Below, in pieces: positions 21,455-32,111 of a stretch of DNA of 64,000 nucleotides. Within the stretch, counting starts at the first letter, position 1; every line of letters begins with the position of its first letter. Position numbers and translations under genes: made by a program. The notes under the pieces are model-generated. The model ran no database searches and was not told where the DNA came from. It worked only from the letters and a program-made list of their open reading frames with translations. This stretch comes from an uncultured Acidobacteriota bacterium. GTDB lineage: Bacteria > Acidobacteriota > Vicinamibacteria > Vicinamibacterales > SCN-69-37. The stretch covers positions 2,171,844 through 2,235,843 of the forward strand of contig CAVSQJ010000002.1 of NCBI GenBank assembly GCA_963730095.1, read 5' to 3'.

Positions 21455-22910
21455 GTGACACTGCTCGGAAAGAAGCAACTGCTCATTGGCGGCGCGTGGC
21501 ACGACGCGGCCGGCGGCGCGACGATGCCGGTCATCAATCCGGCGACCGAAGAAGTCATCGCCGAGGTGGCGTCGGCCGGCGCGGCGGATGTCGATGCCGC
21601 GGTCGCGGCGGCGCGCGCGGCGCTCAGCGGGCCGTGGAGCAAGCTGTCGGCGCGCGAGCGGGGCCGCCTCGTGTGGAAGCTCGGCGAGCGGCTGACGGAG
21701 CAGATCGACGAGGTCGCGCGCCTCGAGACGCTGCACAACGGCAAGCCGATCATCGAGTCGCGGCACATCGAGATTCCGATGGCCGCCGAGTGCCTGCAGT
21801 ACTTCGCCGGGCTGGGCGGACAAGATTCAGGGCGAAACCGTGCCCGTGAAAGGGCAGGCGCTCGTCTACACGCTGCGCGAGCCGCTCGGCGTCGTCGCGT
21901 GCATCGTCCCGTGGAATTTTCCGCTGCTGCTGGCGATCTGGAAGGTCGCGCCGGCGCTCGCGACGGGGAACACCATCATCCTCAAGCCGGCGAGCCAGAC
22001 GCCGCTCACGGCGCTCGCGCTCGGGGCAGCTCGCGATCGAGGTCGGCTTCCCGCCGGGCGTGCTGAACATCATCACCGGCAGCGGCGCCACCGTCGGCGA
22101 CGCGACTCGTGCGTCATCCGGGCATCGACAAGATCGCGTTCACCGGCGACACGAGCACGGGCCGCGGCATCATGCGGACCGCGGCCGACACCGTGAAGCA
22201 CCTGACGCTCGAGCTCGGCGGCAAGTCGCCGAACATCGTGTTCGCCGACGCCGATCTCGACGCCGCGGTGCGCGGCGCGACGACGGGAATCTTCTACGGC
22301 AAGGGCGAAGTGTGCGCGGCCGGATCGCGGCTGCTCGTCGACAAGTGCGATCAAGGATCAGTTCATCGCGAAAGTCGCCGAGCGGACGAAGAAGATGGTC
22401 GCGGGCGATCCGCTCGATCCCAAGACGCGGCTCGGCGCGATCTCGTCGAAGAACCAGCTCGAGCGCGTGCTGAAGTACATCGAGCTCGGCAAGCAGGAGG
22501 GGGCGACGCTCGTCGCCGGCGGCAGCCGCACGGACATCGGCACCGGCAAGGGCTACTTCATGCAGCCGACGGTGTTCGCCGACGTGACGCCGGAGATGAC
22601 GATCGCGCGCGAGGAGATCTTCGGGCCCGTGCTGGCGGCGATCGAGTTCGCAGACGTCGACGAGGCGATCGCGCGGGCGAACGACTCGATCTACGGCCTG
22701 GCCGCCGGCGTCTGGACGCGCGACATCAAGAAGGCGCACTACGTCGCCTCGAAGCTCCAGGCGGGCACGGTCTGGATCAACACCTACAACGTCTACGACA
22801 CGGCCGCGGCGTTCGGCGGCTACAAGCAGAGCGGCGTCGGGCGCGAGATGAGCGTGCACGCGATCGAGTACTACACGCAGATCAAGACGGTCTGGGTCGA
22901 CTTATCCTGA
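21455..22910 (+). CDS. NAD(P)-dependent aldehyde dehydrogenase (frameshifted)
   Basis: [27 protein letters not shown] catalytic Cys, [14 protein letters not shown]. Confidence 0.93.
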
Positions 22911-22981
22911 AAGTCGGGAAGTCGAGAAGTCGGGAAGTCGCGAGAAGTCGGGAAGTCGGGAAGTCGACAAGTCGGAAAGTG
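22911..22981 (+). repeat. 8-bp tandem repeat (AAGTCGGG, about 8 copies)
   Basis: aagtcggg aagtcgag aagtcggg ... immediately after the ALDH stop. Confidence 0.88.
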
Positions 22982-22995
22982 AACAACTCGCATCC

Positions 22996-24155
22996 ATGAC
23001 TGACAAGACGCACGACTTGCTCGAGTGGCGCCGGGAGTTTCCCATCGTCGACACGTGCACCTACCTGGTGAGCCATTCGCTTGGCGCGATGCCGAAGCGG
23101 ACGAGCGGGTATCTCGCGAAGTTCGCCGACGAGTGGGAGCGCCGAGGCGTGCGCGCGTGGCACGAGGGCTGGTGGGAGATTGGCGTCGAGACGGGAAATC
23201 TGCTCGCGCCGATCCTCGGTGTGGCGCCCGGCACGATCACGATGCACCAGAACGCGACGGTCGCGCAGTCCATCGTGGCGTCGCTGCTTCGAGTTCGGCG
23301 GGCATCGCAACCGGATCGTCCTGCAGGATCTCGATTTTCCGACGAACCACTATCTCTTCGAGGGCCTGCGGCGTCAGGGCGCGGAGGTCATCGATCGTGC
23401 CGTCGGCCGACACGATGCGCGCGCCGATCGATCGGCTCGTCGACGCGATCGACGAGCGCACGGCGCTCGTGCCGATCTCGCTCGTGCTGTTCCGGAGCGC
23501 GTGCCTGCAGGATGTCCGGCCGGTCGTCGAGAAGGCTCACCGGGTCGGAGCGAAAGTCGTGCTCGACGTGTATCAGGCCGCCGGCGCGGTGCCGATCGAT
23601 CTCGCGGCGCTCCGTGTCGACTTCGCGGTCGGGGGATCGGTGAAGTGGCTGTGCGGCGGCCCGGGTGCGGGATACCTGTACGTCCGTCCCGATCTCGTCC
23701 ATGACCTGCACCCGTCGGTCGTCGGCTGGGCCGGACACGCCGAGCCGTTCAAGTTCGAGACGGGCCCGATTCGCTACGCCGACGGGACCGAACGCTTTCA
23801 GAGCGGCACGCCGAACGTGCCGTCGCTCTATTCGGCGCGCGGCGGGTACGAGATCGTCGCGGACATTGGCGTGTCCGCGATTCGCGCGAAGTCGCTGCGG
23901 CTGACGCGCCGGCTGATGGACGCCGCGGCGAAACGGGGCTGGCGGCTCAATACGCCGACCGACGACCGCGAGCGCGGCGGGACGGTCGTCGTCGACGTGC
24001 CAGACGCCGCGCGCGTGACCGATCGCCTGCTCGCGCAGAACGTGATCGTCGACTACCGGCCGAACGCCGGCATTCGCATCGCGCCGCACTTCTACAACAC
24101 CGAGGCGGAGATCGATCGCGCCGTCGACGTCATCGACGCCACCCTCGCTTCCTGA
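22996..24155 (+). CDS. kynU: Kynureninase-like PLP enzyme (aminotransferase class V), frameshifted
   Basis: YLVSHSLGAMP, W...GVRAW, DFPTNHY, DVYQAAG, GGSVKWLCGGPG, GTPNVPS, DYRP..GIRIAPHFYN. Confidence 0.78.
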
Positions 24156-24171
24156 GCGTGTGTCCCTGCAT

Positions 24172-25024
24172 ATGACCGTCACGCACCGTCACCGTTCTTG
24201 GCGCGGGCACGATGGGACACGGCATCGCGCACGCCTCGGCCGCCGCCGGCTACGAGACGCGGCTGTTCGACGTCTCGGCGACGCAACTCGAGCGCGCGCG
24301 CAGCCTGATCGACGGGATCTTCCTGAAGTCGGTCGAGCTCGGCAAGGCGACGCGGCCGGACGCGGACGCCGCGCGCTCGCGGCTCAGACGTCACCAGCGA
24401 TGTCGACGCGGCGCTCGCGGGCGTGGACTCGGTCATCGAGGCCGCGCCCGAGCGCATGGAGCTCAAGCTCGAGCTCTTCGCCGATATCGAGCGTTCGGCG
24501 CCGCCCGCGGCCGTCGTCGCGACGAACACGTCGGCGCTCAGCATCACGGAGATGGCCGGGTCGCTCAAGAATCCGGCGCGCGTCGCGGGCATGCACTTCT
24601 TCAATCCCGTGCACAAGATGAAGCTCATCGAGATCGTGCGGGCGCTCGAGTCGAGCCCGGAGGCGCTCGCGACGATCGAAGCCGTCGCGCGCGCGATGGG
24701 CAAGGAGACGGTGCTCGTGCAGCGAGGCGCCCGGCTTCATCACGACGCGCGTCAACGCCTCGATTGGCAACGAAGCGTTCTACATGCTGATGGAGGGCGT
24801 CGCATCGGCGCGCGACATCGACAAGGCGCTCAAGCTCGGCCTCAACCATCCGATGGGCCCGTTCGAGCTGGTCGATCTCGTCGGCCTCGACACGCGGCTC
24901 AGCATCCTCGAGTACCTGCACAAGTCGATGGGCGAGAAGTACCGTCCCTGCCCGCTGCTCGTGCAGTACGTGAAGGCCGGCCGGCTCGGCAAGAAGGTCG
25001 GCAAGGGCGTCTACGAGTACCTGA
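24172..25024 (+). CDS. 3-hydroxyacyl-CoA (3-hydroxybutyryl/adipyl-CoA) dehydrogenase, frameshifted
   Basis: GxGTMGHGIA, VIEAAPE, ATNTSALSI, GMHFFNPV, PMGPFELVDLVGLD, GRLGKKVGKGVY. Confidence 0.92.
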
Positions 25025-26362
25025 TGGCGATCCTCGAGCGACTGGGCGCGGCGGGATTCGCGCACGCCGAGGCCGAGAGCCGGGCGGCGCTCGTGGCCGA
25101 GGCGACGGCGGCATTCGTGCGGAAGACCGGCGGGCCGCCGCGCTGGGCCTGGTTCGTCCCCGGCCGGATCGAGATCTTCGGCAAGCACACGGATTACGCG
25201 GGCGGGCGCTCGCTCGTCGCCGCCGTGCCGCGCGGCTTCGCCATCGTCGCGGCGCCGCGCGATGACGCACGCGTGCGCGCGGTCGACGCGAAGTGGCGCG
25301 ACTCGACCGAGATCGATCTGGCCGACGACGACACGCGCTTCGTCGGCTGGTCGAACTACGTCGCCGTCGTCGCGCGCCGGCTTGCCCACAATTTTCCAGG
25401 CGCCACGCTCGGCGCCGATCTCGCGGTGCTGAGCGACTTGCCGCGGGCCGCCGGCCTCAGCAGCTCGAGTGCGCTCGTCGTCGGCGTGTCGCTGGCGCTC
25501 ATCCGGCGGGCCGGGCTGGAGCGCCGGCCGGAGTGGCACGCCGCGATTGAGAGCCGGCTCGATCTCGCCGGGTACCTCGGCGCCGTCGAGAACGGCCTCA
25601 CGTTTCGAACGCTCGCCGGCACGAGCGGCGTCGGCACGCACGGCGGCAGCGAGGACCACACCGCGATCCTGGCCGGCCGCGCCGACCGGGTGAGCGCGTA
25701 CCGCGTACGTGCCCGTCGAGCACCTCGGCGACGATCCGATGCCCGACGCGTGGCGCTTCGTCGTCGCGGCGAGCGGCGTGCAGGCCGACAAGGCGGGCAG
25801 CGCGAAGGATCGCTACAACCGCGCGTCGCTCGGCACGCGCGCGCTCGTGGCACTCGCCAACACGTCGGCCGGGGCGACATGGCCGACGCTGGCGGCCGCG
25901 CTCGCCAGCGCGCCAGACGCGATGGTCCGGCTGCGGGCGCTTGCGGCCGAGCGCGGCACCGACGGCTTCAGCGCCGCCGATCTGAGTCTCCGGCTCGATC
26001 ACTTCGTCGGCGAGGACGCACGCGTCCCGCTCGCCGCGGCCGCGTTTCGCGCGGCCGACGTCGCAGCGATCGACGAGCTCTCACGCGCCTCGCAGGACGA
26101 CGCCGATCGGCTGCTCGGCAATCAGACGCCCGAGACGCGCCTGCTGGCCGCGCTCGCGCGCGAGCAGGGCGCCTTTGCCTCGAGCAGCTTCGGCGCGGGC
26201 TTTGGCGGCAGTGTGTGGGCGCTCGCGCCCGCATCTGACGCTGACGCGTTTGCGGCGCGATGGCTGACTGCTTACCGCGCGGCGTATCCCGCCATGGTCC
26301 GCGCCGAGGTGTTCGTCACCAGGCCGGGGCCGGGCGCCGTCGATCTTTCCCTCAGTGAATGA
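25024..26362 (+). CDS. Galactokinase-like GHMP kinase (frameshift near 25705)
   Basis: PGRIEIFGKHTDYAGG, LPRAAGLSSSS, SSFGAGFGGS. Confidence 0.8.
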
Positions 26363-26738
26363 TGATCTGTCCCTGCAGGTTCTGCTGGCTGAAATCGTCG
26401 TGATCGTGGAAGCCGCATGTGCGCACGGTCACGAGATTGCCGGTCTCACGGCTCTGGCCGGGCGTCAGAAATCCAACTTGATTGATCTCCGGGCAGTCGG
26501 TGTGGTCAGGATGCGGGTCGGACGCCATGTTGTGCGTGCGTGAGTCGCTGTTGACGAACAGCACGCGCGTGCCCAGCGTCACCTGCACGACCTTCGGGCT
26601 GACGCCCGACGACGTGATCGTGATCGTGTTGGTCGACACGGGCGGAGCAGGGGAGGGCGACGTCGAGGACGTCGACGATCCGCCACACGCGCCGGCGAGC
26701 AGCACGACGGTGGTGAGGGTCCACGCTCGCGCGGTCAT
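26352..26738 (-). CDS. Cupredoxin-fold lipoprotein
   Basis: Lipobox LAGAC; [16 protein letters not shown]; HPDHTDC; CGFHDH. Confidence 0.75.
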   Translation of the reverse strand: MTARAWTLTTVVLLAGACGGSSTSSTSPSPAPPVSTNTITITSSGVSPKVVQVTLGTRVLFVNSDSRTHNMASDPHPDHTDCPEINQVGFLTPGQSRETGNLVTVRTCGFHDHDDFSQQNLQGQIIIH

Positions 26739-26785
26739 CCTTCGAACATCTTAGCGCTCGAGCGCACGCAGCGGATCCGACGAGA

Positions 26786-26945
26786 CAGGCCCCGAAGGGA
26801 GCGAGGTATGGGAGGCAACGCCCGGCGATCGTTCCAGCGGCCTCGGCACGGCACCGAAACCGAGGCACCGTCGGTCCCCCAATCACGACGAGCGCGGCAC
26901 CACCTCGCCCCCTCCGGAGCCTGGCCGGGTACGCACCGGCATTTG
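26786..26945 (-). ncRNA. Putative sigma54-dependent structured sRNA (5' hairpin + long rod)
   Basis: 22-bp terminal helix 26786-26807/26902-26923 (19 Watson-Crick pairs; the 3 mismatches are all G-U on the minus strand); inner helices of 7, 6 and 7 bp; 5' hairpin 26924-26940; starts about 12 nt below a -24/-12 promoter. Confidence 0.6.
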
Positions 26946-26956
26946 CGCACTAGATG

Positions 26957-26972
26957 AGCAAGGTTGATGCCG
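26957..26972 (-). promoter_or_regulatory. Sigma54 (-24/-12) promoter
   Basis: Minus strand CGGCATCAACCTTGCT = GG-N10-GC with TTGC, directly downstream of a sigma54 activator gene. Confidence 0.75.
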
Positions 26973-27023
26973 CGCGAGAACGCGGACGAAATCATGGGCC
27001 GCTCGGCGCGTCGATGCCGATCC

Positions 27024-27057
27024 TTACGCGCGCGGTAAACGCTTACATGCGGCGTAA
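27024..27057. promoter_or_regulatory. Tandem TTAC-N7-GTAA palindromes, candidate enhancer (UAS)
   Basis: TTACgcgcgcgGTAA (27024-27038) and TTACatgcggcGTAA (27043-27057), about 80-110 bp upstream of the predicted start site. Confidence 0.55.
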
Positions 27058-27066
27058 AGCCGCGCG

Positions 27067-28443
27067 TCAGTCGTCTGGCGCGTCGATGCGGTGCTTGGCG
27101 AGGTAGTAGCTGAGCGCGCGCTGGCTGATGCCCATGGCTTCGGCTGCGTCCTTCTTGACGCCGCGCGCGGCTTCGAGCGCCCGTCGAACGGTCTCGCGCT
27201 CCGTCCATTCGAGGTTCTGCTTGAGCAGCAGCGACGGCAGGCCGGTCGGTCCGGGCGCCGAGGCGCTCACGATCATCACGTCGCGCGGCCGGATGACGGG
27301 CTCGGGCGTGAGCACGACCGCGCGCTCGATCGGTGTTCTCGAGCTCGCGCACGTTGCCCGGCCATGGCGCACCGGCGAGCAGCGCCATCGCGTCGGGCGC
27401 GATGCCGTCGATGCGCTTGCCGGCGCGGCTGGCATGGCGCCGCACGAAGTGCTCGACGAGCAGCGGGATGTCCTCGGGCCGCTCGCGCAGCGGCGGAATC
27501 GTGATCGGGATCACGTTGAGCCGGTAGTAGAGATCCTCCTGGAACTTGCCCTCGGCGACGAGCTGCCGCAGGTCGCGGTTGGTCGCCGCGATGATCGCGC
27601 ACGTCGACCTTCACGGTCCGCTCGGAGCCGAGCGGCTCGAATTCGCGTTCCTGCAGCACGCGTAGGAGCTTGGCCTGCACGGTCGGCGCGATCACGGCGA
27701 TCTCGTCGAGCAGGATCGATCCGCCGTCGGCCAGCGCGAACCGGCCCTTCTTGTTCGCGACGGCGCCGGTGAACGCGCCCCGCACGTGGCCGAACAGCTC
27801 GGATTCGATCAGCGTGTCTGGCAGCGCCGCGCAGTTCACCCGCACGAGCGGCAAGTCGCGCTGCGCGCTCCAGTCGTGAATCGCGCGGGCGACCAGCTCC
27901 TTGCCCGTGCCGGTCTCGCCCGACGATCAGCACGGTGCTGCGCGACTGCGCGACGATCTTCGCCATCCCCACGACGTCCTGGATCGCGCGGCTGCGCCCG
28001 ACGATGCCGTAGTGGTCGAACTGCTCGTCGCGCTCGGTGATCAGGTAGTCGTGGTGCGTGCGCAGGCGCTCGTGCTCGACCGCACGGCGCACGACGACGA
28101 GGAACTCGTCGATCTCGAACGGCTTCTGCAGGTAGTCGATCGCGCCGAGCTTCATCGCTTCGATCGCGCTCTCGACCGTGGCGTGCGCCGTCATCATGAG
28201 GATCTGCGGCCGCTCGCCCTTGCCCGTCGCCGCCAGCACCTCGCGGATGAGTTCGAGCCCGCCGAGCTCGGGCATCAGGTTGTCGACGACGAGCAGGTCG
28301 AACGGGCGCTCGGTGACGACGCGCAGCGCCTCGCGCGGGCTGCCGGTCGCGAACACCTCATGGCCTTCGTCGCGGAGCGCGGCCGTCAGCGCCTGCCGGA
28401 TCTTCGGCTCGTCGTCGACGAGCAGTACGGAGCCTCTGGTCAC
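27067..28443 (-). CDS. NtrC/AtoC-family sigma54-dependent response regulator (frameshifted)
   Basis: Receiver LLVDDE...DNLMP...MTAH...KP; GETGTGKEL; [15 protein letters not shown]; [10 protein letters not shown]; C-terminal Fis HTH. Confidence 0.93.
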
Positions 28444-30178
28444 GCGGATGCCTCGCTCGCCGGCGCCCGGTCCGGCAGCTCGATGCGGACGACGGTCCCG
28501 ACGTTGGGGCGGCTCTCGATGACGATCGTGCCGCCCAACCCTTCGATGATGTTGCGCGCGATCGCCAGGCCGAGTCCCGACCCGGTCCGCCGCGTCGTGA
28601 AGAACGGCTCGAACAGGCGCGGCAGATCCTCGCGCGCGATGCCCGGCCCGCGATCCTTCACCTCCACGCGCCAGCGGCCCGGCGCGGCCGACCACGCCCG
28701 CAGCTCGATGGGCGGCTGGCCGTTCGCCGCGCGCGGCGTCGATTTCACCGCCTGCTGCGCGTTCGCGAGGACGTTCACGAGCACCGACCGGACACGCTCG
28801 GCGTCGGTCACGAGCGGCAACCGGGCCTCGCTCGCCTCGAGCCGCACCGGCACGTCATCCGCGCCCGCCTGCGTGGCCTGCGCCGCGTTGCGGCAGATCT
28901 CGACGAGATCGGCCGGCGCAAGGTCGTAGCGAATCGGGCGCGCGAAATCGAGCACGTCGGACACCACGCGATTCAGTCTGCTGCACTTCCTCGTCGATGT
29001 TCGCCGCCACCGCGACGACATCCGCCGACTCGTGCTTGCGGAGGTTCCGGACGGCACTCTTGATGATCATCAGCGGATTGCGGATCTCGTGCGCGACCAC
29101 CGTCGAGAGGCGCCCGAGCGACGACAGCCGCTCGCGCTGCGCGGCCTCGCGCTGGAACCGATCGAGCGCGCCGGTGAGCTGGCGGAACGTGGCAGCCAGC
29201 GCCAGCGCATCTTCGTCGTCCCACGGCCCGCCGGGCGGGACGGTTCTCGCCAGGTCGCCCGTCGCGGCCATTTCGCTCATCGTCGCCGTCAGCGCGCGCA
29301 GCGGGCGCGTCACCGTCCGGGCAATGGCGTAGGCGACGATCGTCGCGAGCAGCACCGCCGCCAGCCCGGTGACGACGATCTGCCAGTGCAGCGCCGTCAG
29401 AAAGGCGAGGCGCTGCGTGCGCGATCGCAGCACGAGCGCCACGGGCTCCTGCGGCCCGCTCGTCGTGCCGAGCGGCTGCACCTTGCCGATATAGCGCTCG
29501 CCGCCCAATTGTCTGTCGAACTCGCCCGTCGGGCTCGTCGGTTGGAGGAGCCCGGCAGTCCGATCGGCATCGAGCGTGGACGCCACGATCCGGCCGTCGG
29601 CCACGATCGCGATGTCGCTGTCGGTCACGGCCTTGATCCCCGAGACGAACTCGCGATCGAGCCCAAACCCGACGATGAGCGTACCGGAGTGGATCGAGCG
29701 AGAACGCCACGGCGTGAACGACGCCACCGGGCACGACGCGGAACGACGTGTTGTCCGCACTCTTGCGGCAGGCGGCCGCGATTTCCGCGATATCGTCGGG
29801 CGCCGGCTGGATGCGGCCGGTGTTCGCGAGCACGAGATCCTCGCGGCCGAGCACGACGAACAGGTCGGCCGCGATTTTCTTCTGATAGTCGACCGCGATC
29901 GGCAGCACCGTGGGCGGGTCGTCGACCTGCGCTGCCGCGCTGAGCTTCGGCAGGTCCGCGATGAGCGAGCCCTTCGCCGCGAAATCCGCGAACTGCCGCC
30001 GGCCGAGCTGGTCGACGAGCGACGCCGACTCGGACAGCCCGTCGCGCAGATCCTTCTCCGCCTGGTCGGTCACCGCGGTGTTGACGCTGTAGATCGCGAT
30101 GCCGATCGCGATCACGACCACGACGGCGCTCGCGAAGAAGATGCGGTTGGTGAGCGACGAGATGAAGCTCATCGCCAT
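28440..30178 (-). CDS. Sensor histidine kinase with periplasmic domain and HAMP (frameshifted)
   Basis: Two TMs, TRPLRAL HAMP, VAHEIRNPL H-box, NVLANA, DRGPGI, FEPFFTT, GSGLGL. Confidence 0.92.
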
Positions 30179-30846
30179 CAGCGGGTCACCCGGAAATCGG
30201 CATCGACAATCTCGCCGTCGGTGACGGTCACTTTCCTCGGCTCGGCGCGGCCCAGCTCGCTCCAGACCACGAGCGAGTACGTGCCCGCGGGCACGGAGGC
30301 GATCGAGTACTTGCCGTCATCGTCGGTCACCGCGAAGAACGGGTGGCTGAAGACGAGCAGGTACGCGCTCATGTGCGAGTGGATGTCGCAGGAGATCGGG
30401 ACGATGCCCGGCGTCTCGAACTTGCGGCCGCCGGTGCGCCCGGGCGGGTACCGGCCAAGATCGAACGAGTTGCCGCGCGCGAACGAGAAGACGTTGTGGA
30501 ACGTCGTGTCGCTGTTCGGGAAATCGACAGTCGTGCCGACGGTGATCGCGAGCAGGTGCGGCACGAATTGCTCGTTGCGCTGGTCCATCCGCACGTGCCC
30601 CGCACGCAGCTCGCCGAACGCCTCGCGCGGCGCCGACTCGAGGTACACGACGCACCGCCGCCGATCGATCGGGTCGTTGGCCGGCGCGGAGAGCTCGGCA
30701 ATCGCCGGGCGCCCACCCGCGCGCGGGACCGTCGTCACCTGCACGCGGCCGCGAATCGTGCCGGTGTCGCGCGGCGCCGACGCGGCGGAGCCCAGCAGCC
30801 CAACGCCGGCGGCGACGATGGCGATGGCCGCAAGCCCTCGGCGCAT
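30178..30846 (-). CDS. Secreted cupredoxin / carboxypeptidase-regulatory-like domain protein
   Basis: Signal peptide; FPNSDTTFHNVFS and CDIHSHM (His, Cys-x2-His-x2-Met type-1 copper ligands); VTDDDGKYSIASVPAGTY. Confidence 0.8.
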   Translation of the reverse strand: MRRGLAAIAIVAAGVGLLGSAASAPRDTGTIRGRVQVTTVPRAGGRPAIAELSAPANDPIDRRRCVVYLESAPREAFGELRAGHVRMDQRNEQFVPHLLAITVGTTVDFPNSDTTFHNVFSFARGNSFDLGRYPPGRTGGRKFETPGIVPISCDIHSHMSAYLLVFSHPFFAVTDDDGKYSIASVPAGTYSLVVWSELGRAEPRKVTVTDGEIVDADFRVTR

Positions 30847-32084
30847 CAGAACCAGATCGACGCGAGGAGCGCGGGGTAGCCCCGTTCGCGCACTCGACCG
30901 CCGTCCCGCCAGTTGTACTGATAGCCCGCCCGCACGTCGAGGTTCCGCAGCACGCGATAGCCCACGCTCGCTTCGGCGCGATCGACCGGCGCGTCCCACG
31001 ATGTCGGCAGGCCGCCGTTGAGCGTGCCGACAATGTCGCTGAAGCCAAGATGGTCGATGCGCCCGGAGACTTCCCAGCGTGGCCGGAACCGGTAGCGCGT
31101 CTCGACGAAGGCCGAGGACGTCGAGAGCGGCCCGGGATCGGGCGCGCCGACGAACGGCAGCACGAACACCGCGTGCAGCCATTCGCCGCGCACGAGCCAC
31201 GGGCCGACGCCGGCTTCGGCGTCCATGCCGACGAGCGTCTCGCTGTTCAGGTCGTGCAGGTGCGCAGGCAGCAGGTCCATCACGCTGCGGTTGATCCACG
31301 CGCCGCGCGCGGCCGAGAAGCCGAGCGTGATCGCGCCGGGCAGGTGCGCCGCGACGCGCCCGGAATACATCAGGCCATCGCTCGGGTCGCGGACGACTGG
31401 CGTGGCTGGCGAGCCGAGCGTGACCGCGCCAGCGACGTCGAGGGCGCGCATCGTCCAGCTGGCCTCCGCGCCGGTGTCCCACCGCGATGAGGAGATCACG
31501 GGGATGCCGGTGGCGATGCTCTGCGATCCCAGTGGATAGCTGGGCTGCCAGCCGCGGCCGCGCATCTTCAGCAAGTCGTCGGCGTTGGTCGGGAGCGCGT
31601 CCGGCCGAAGCGTGGTGAGGTACTGATAGCCGAGCGGCGAGCCGATGACCGGATTGTCTCGTCCGTAGGCGCGCCGCCCGAATCCACCGATGACGGGCGG
31701 AATCCGGCCGACCTGTACGGTGAAATCGCGCTGGCTCCACGGCTGCCAGCGCGCGTAGAGCGCCGGAATCTGCACGCCGTCGCCGTTTTCCGTCCGCGCC
31801 TCGCCGAGCATCGACAGCCGCGGCACGATGCGCCACTCACCGAGCAGCCGCACGCGCGCCAAGCGCAGCTCGTTGTGTTCGTAGTCGGTGTAGTTGAAGA
31901 AGGCTTCGTCGTCGACCGGGCCGGCGACGGCCGTCACCTCGCCGCCGCCGACGAGGTGACGGACGGGCGGGGGAGCCGTGGTATCAGGCGTCTGCGTCTG
32001 CCCCGCGCCGGCCGCGGCCGGCAGCAACGCCAGGACGCCCAGGACGAACACCGGGCACGCGCTCCAGCGACGCATCCATGGCAT
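30846..32084 (-). CDS. Probable outer-membrane beta-barrel (porin-like) protein
   Basis: GGAGG RBS, signal peptide, alternating aromatic beta-strands, QVGRIP..G porin-like motif, C-terminal W-F. Confidence 0.65.
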   Translation of the reverse strand: MPWMRRWSACPVFVLGVLALLPAAAGAGQTQTPDTTAPPPVRHLVGGGEVTAVAGPVDDEAFFNYTDYEHNELRLARVRLLGEWRIVPRLSMLGEARTENGDGVQIPALYARWQPWSQRDFTVQVGRIPPVIGGFGRRAYGRDNPVIGSPLGYQYLTTLRPDALPTNADDLLKMRGRGWQPSYPLGSQSIATGIPVISSSRWDTGAEASWTMRALDVAGAVTLGSPATPVVRDPSDGLMYSGRVAAHLPGAITLGFSAARGAWINRSVMDLLPAHLHDLNSETLVGMDAEAGVGPWLVRGEWLHAVFVLPFVGAPDPGPLSTSSAFVETRYRFRPRWEVSGRIDHLGFSDIVGTLNGGLPTSWDAPVDRAEASVGYRVLRNLDVRAGYQYNWRDGGRVRERGYPALLASIWF

Positions 32085-32111
32085 CTTACCTCCGAGGCCG
32101 GTGCGGGCCTG

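Noticed and set aside
20473-22981. AAGTCGAC/AAGTCGGG arrays as a CRISPR array
   Set aside because: The units are 8 bp with no unique spacers, and there are no cas genes
24784-26238. Apparent HADH-galactokinase fusion ORF
   Set aside because: The junction reads TAC C TGA TG, a TGATG stop/start overlap joined by a probable indel
26506-26886. 126-aa ORF across the putative sRNA
   Set aside because: It overlaps the cupredoxin gene out of frame, has no RBS or motif, and the strand-specific G-U pairing favours an RNA
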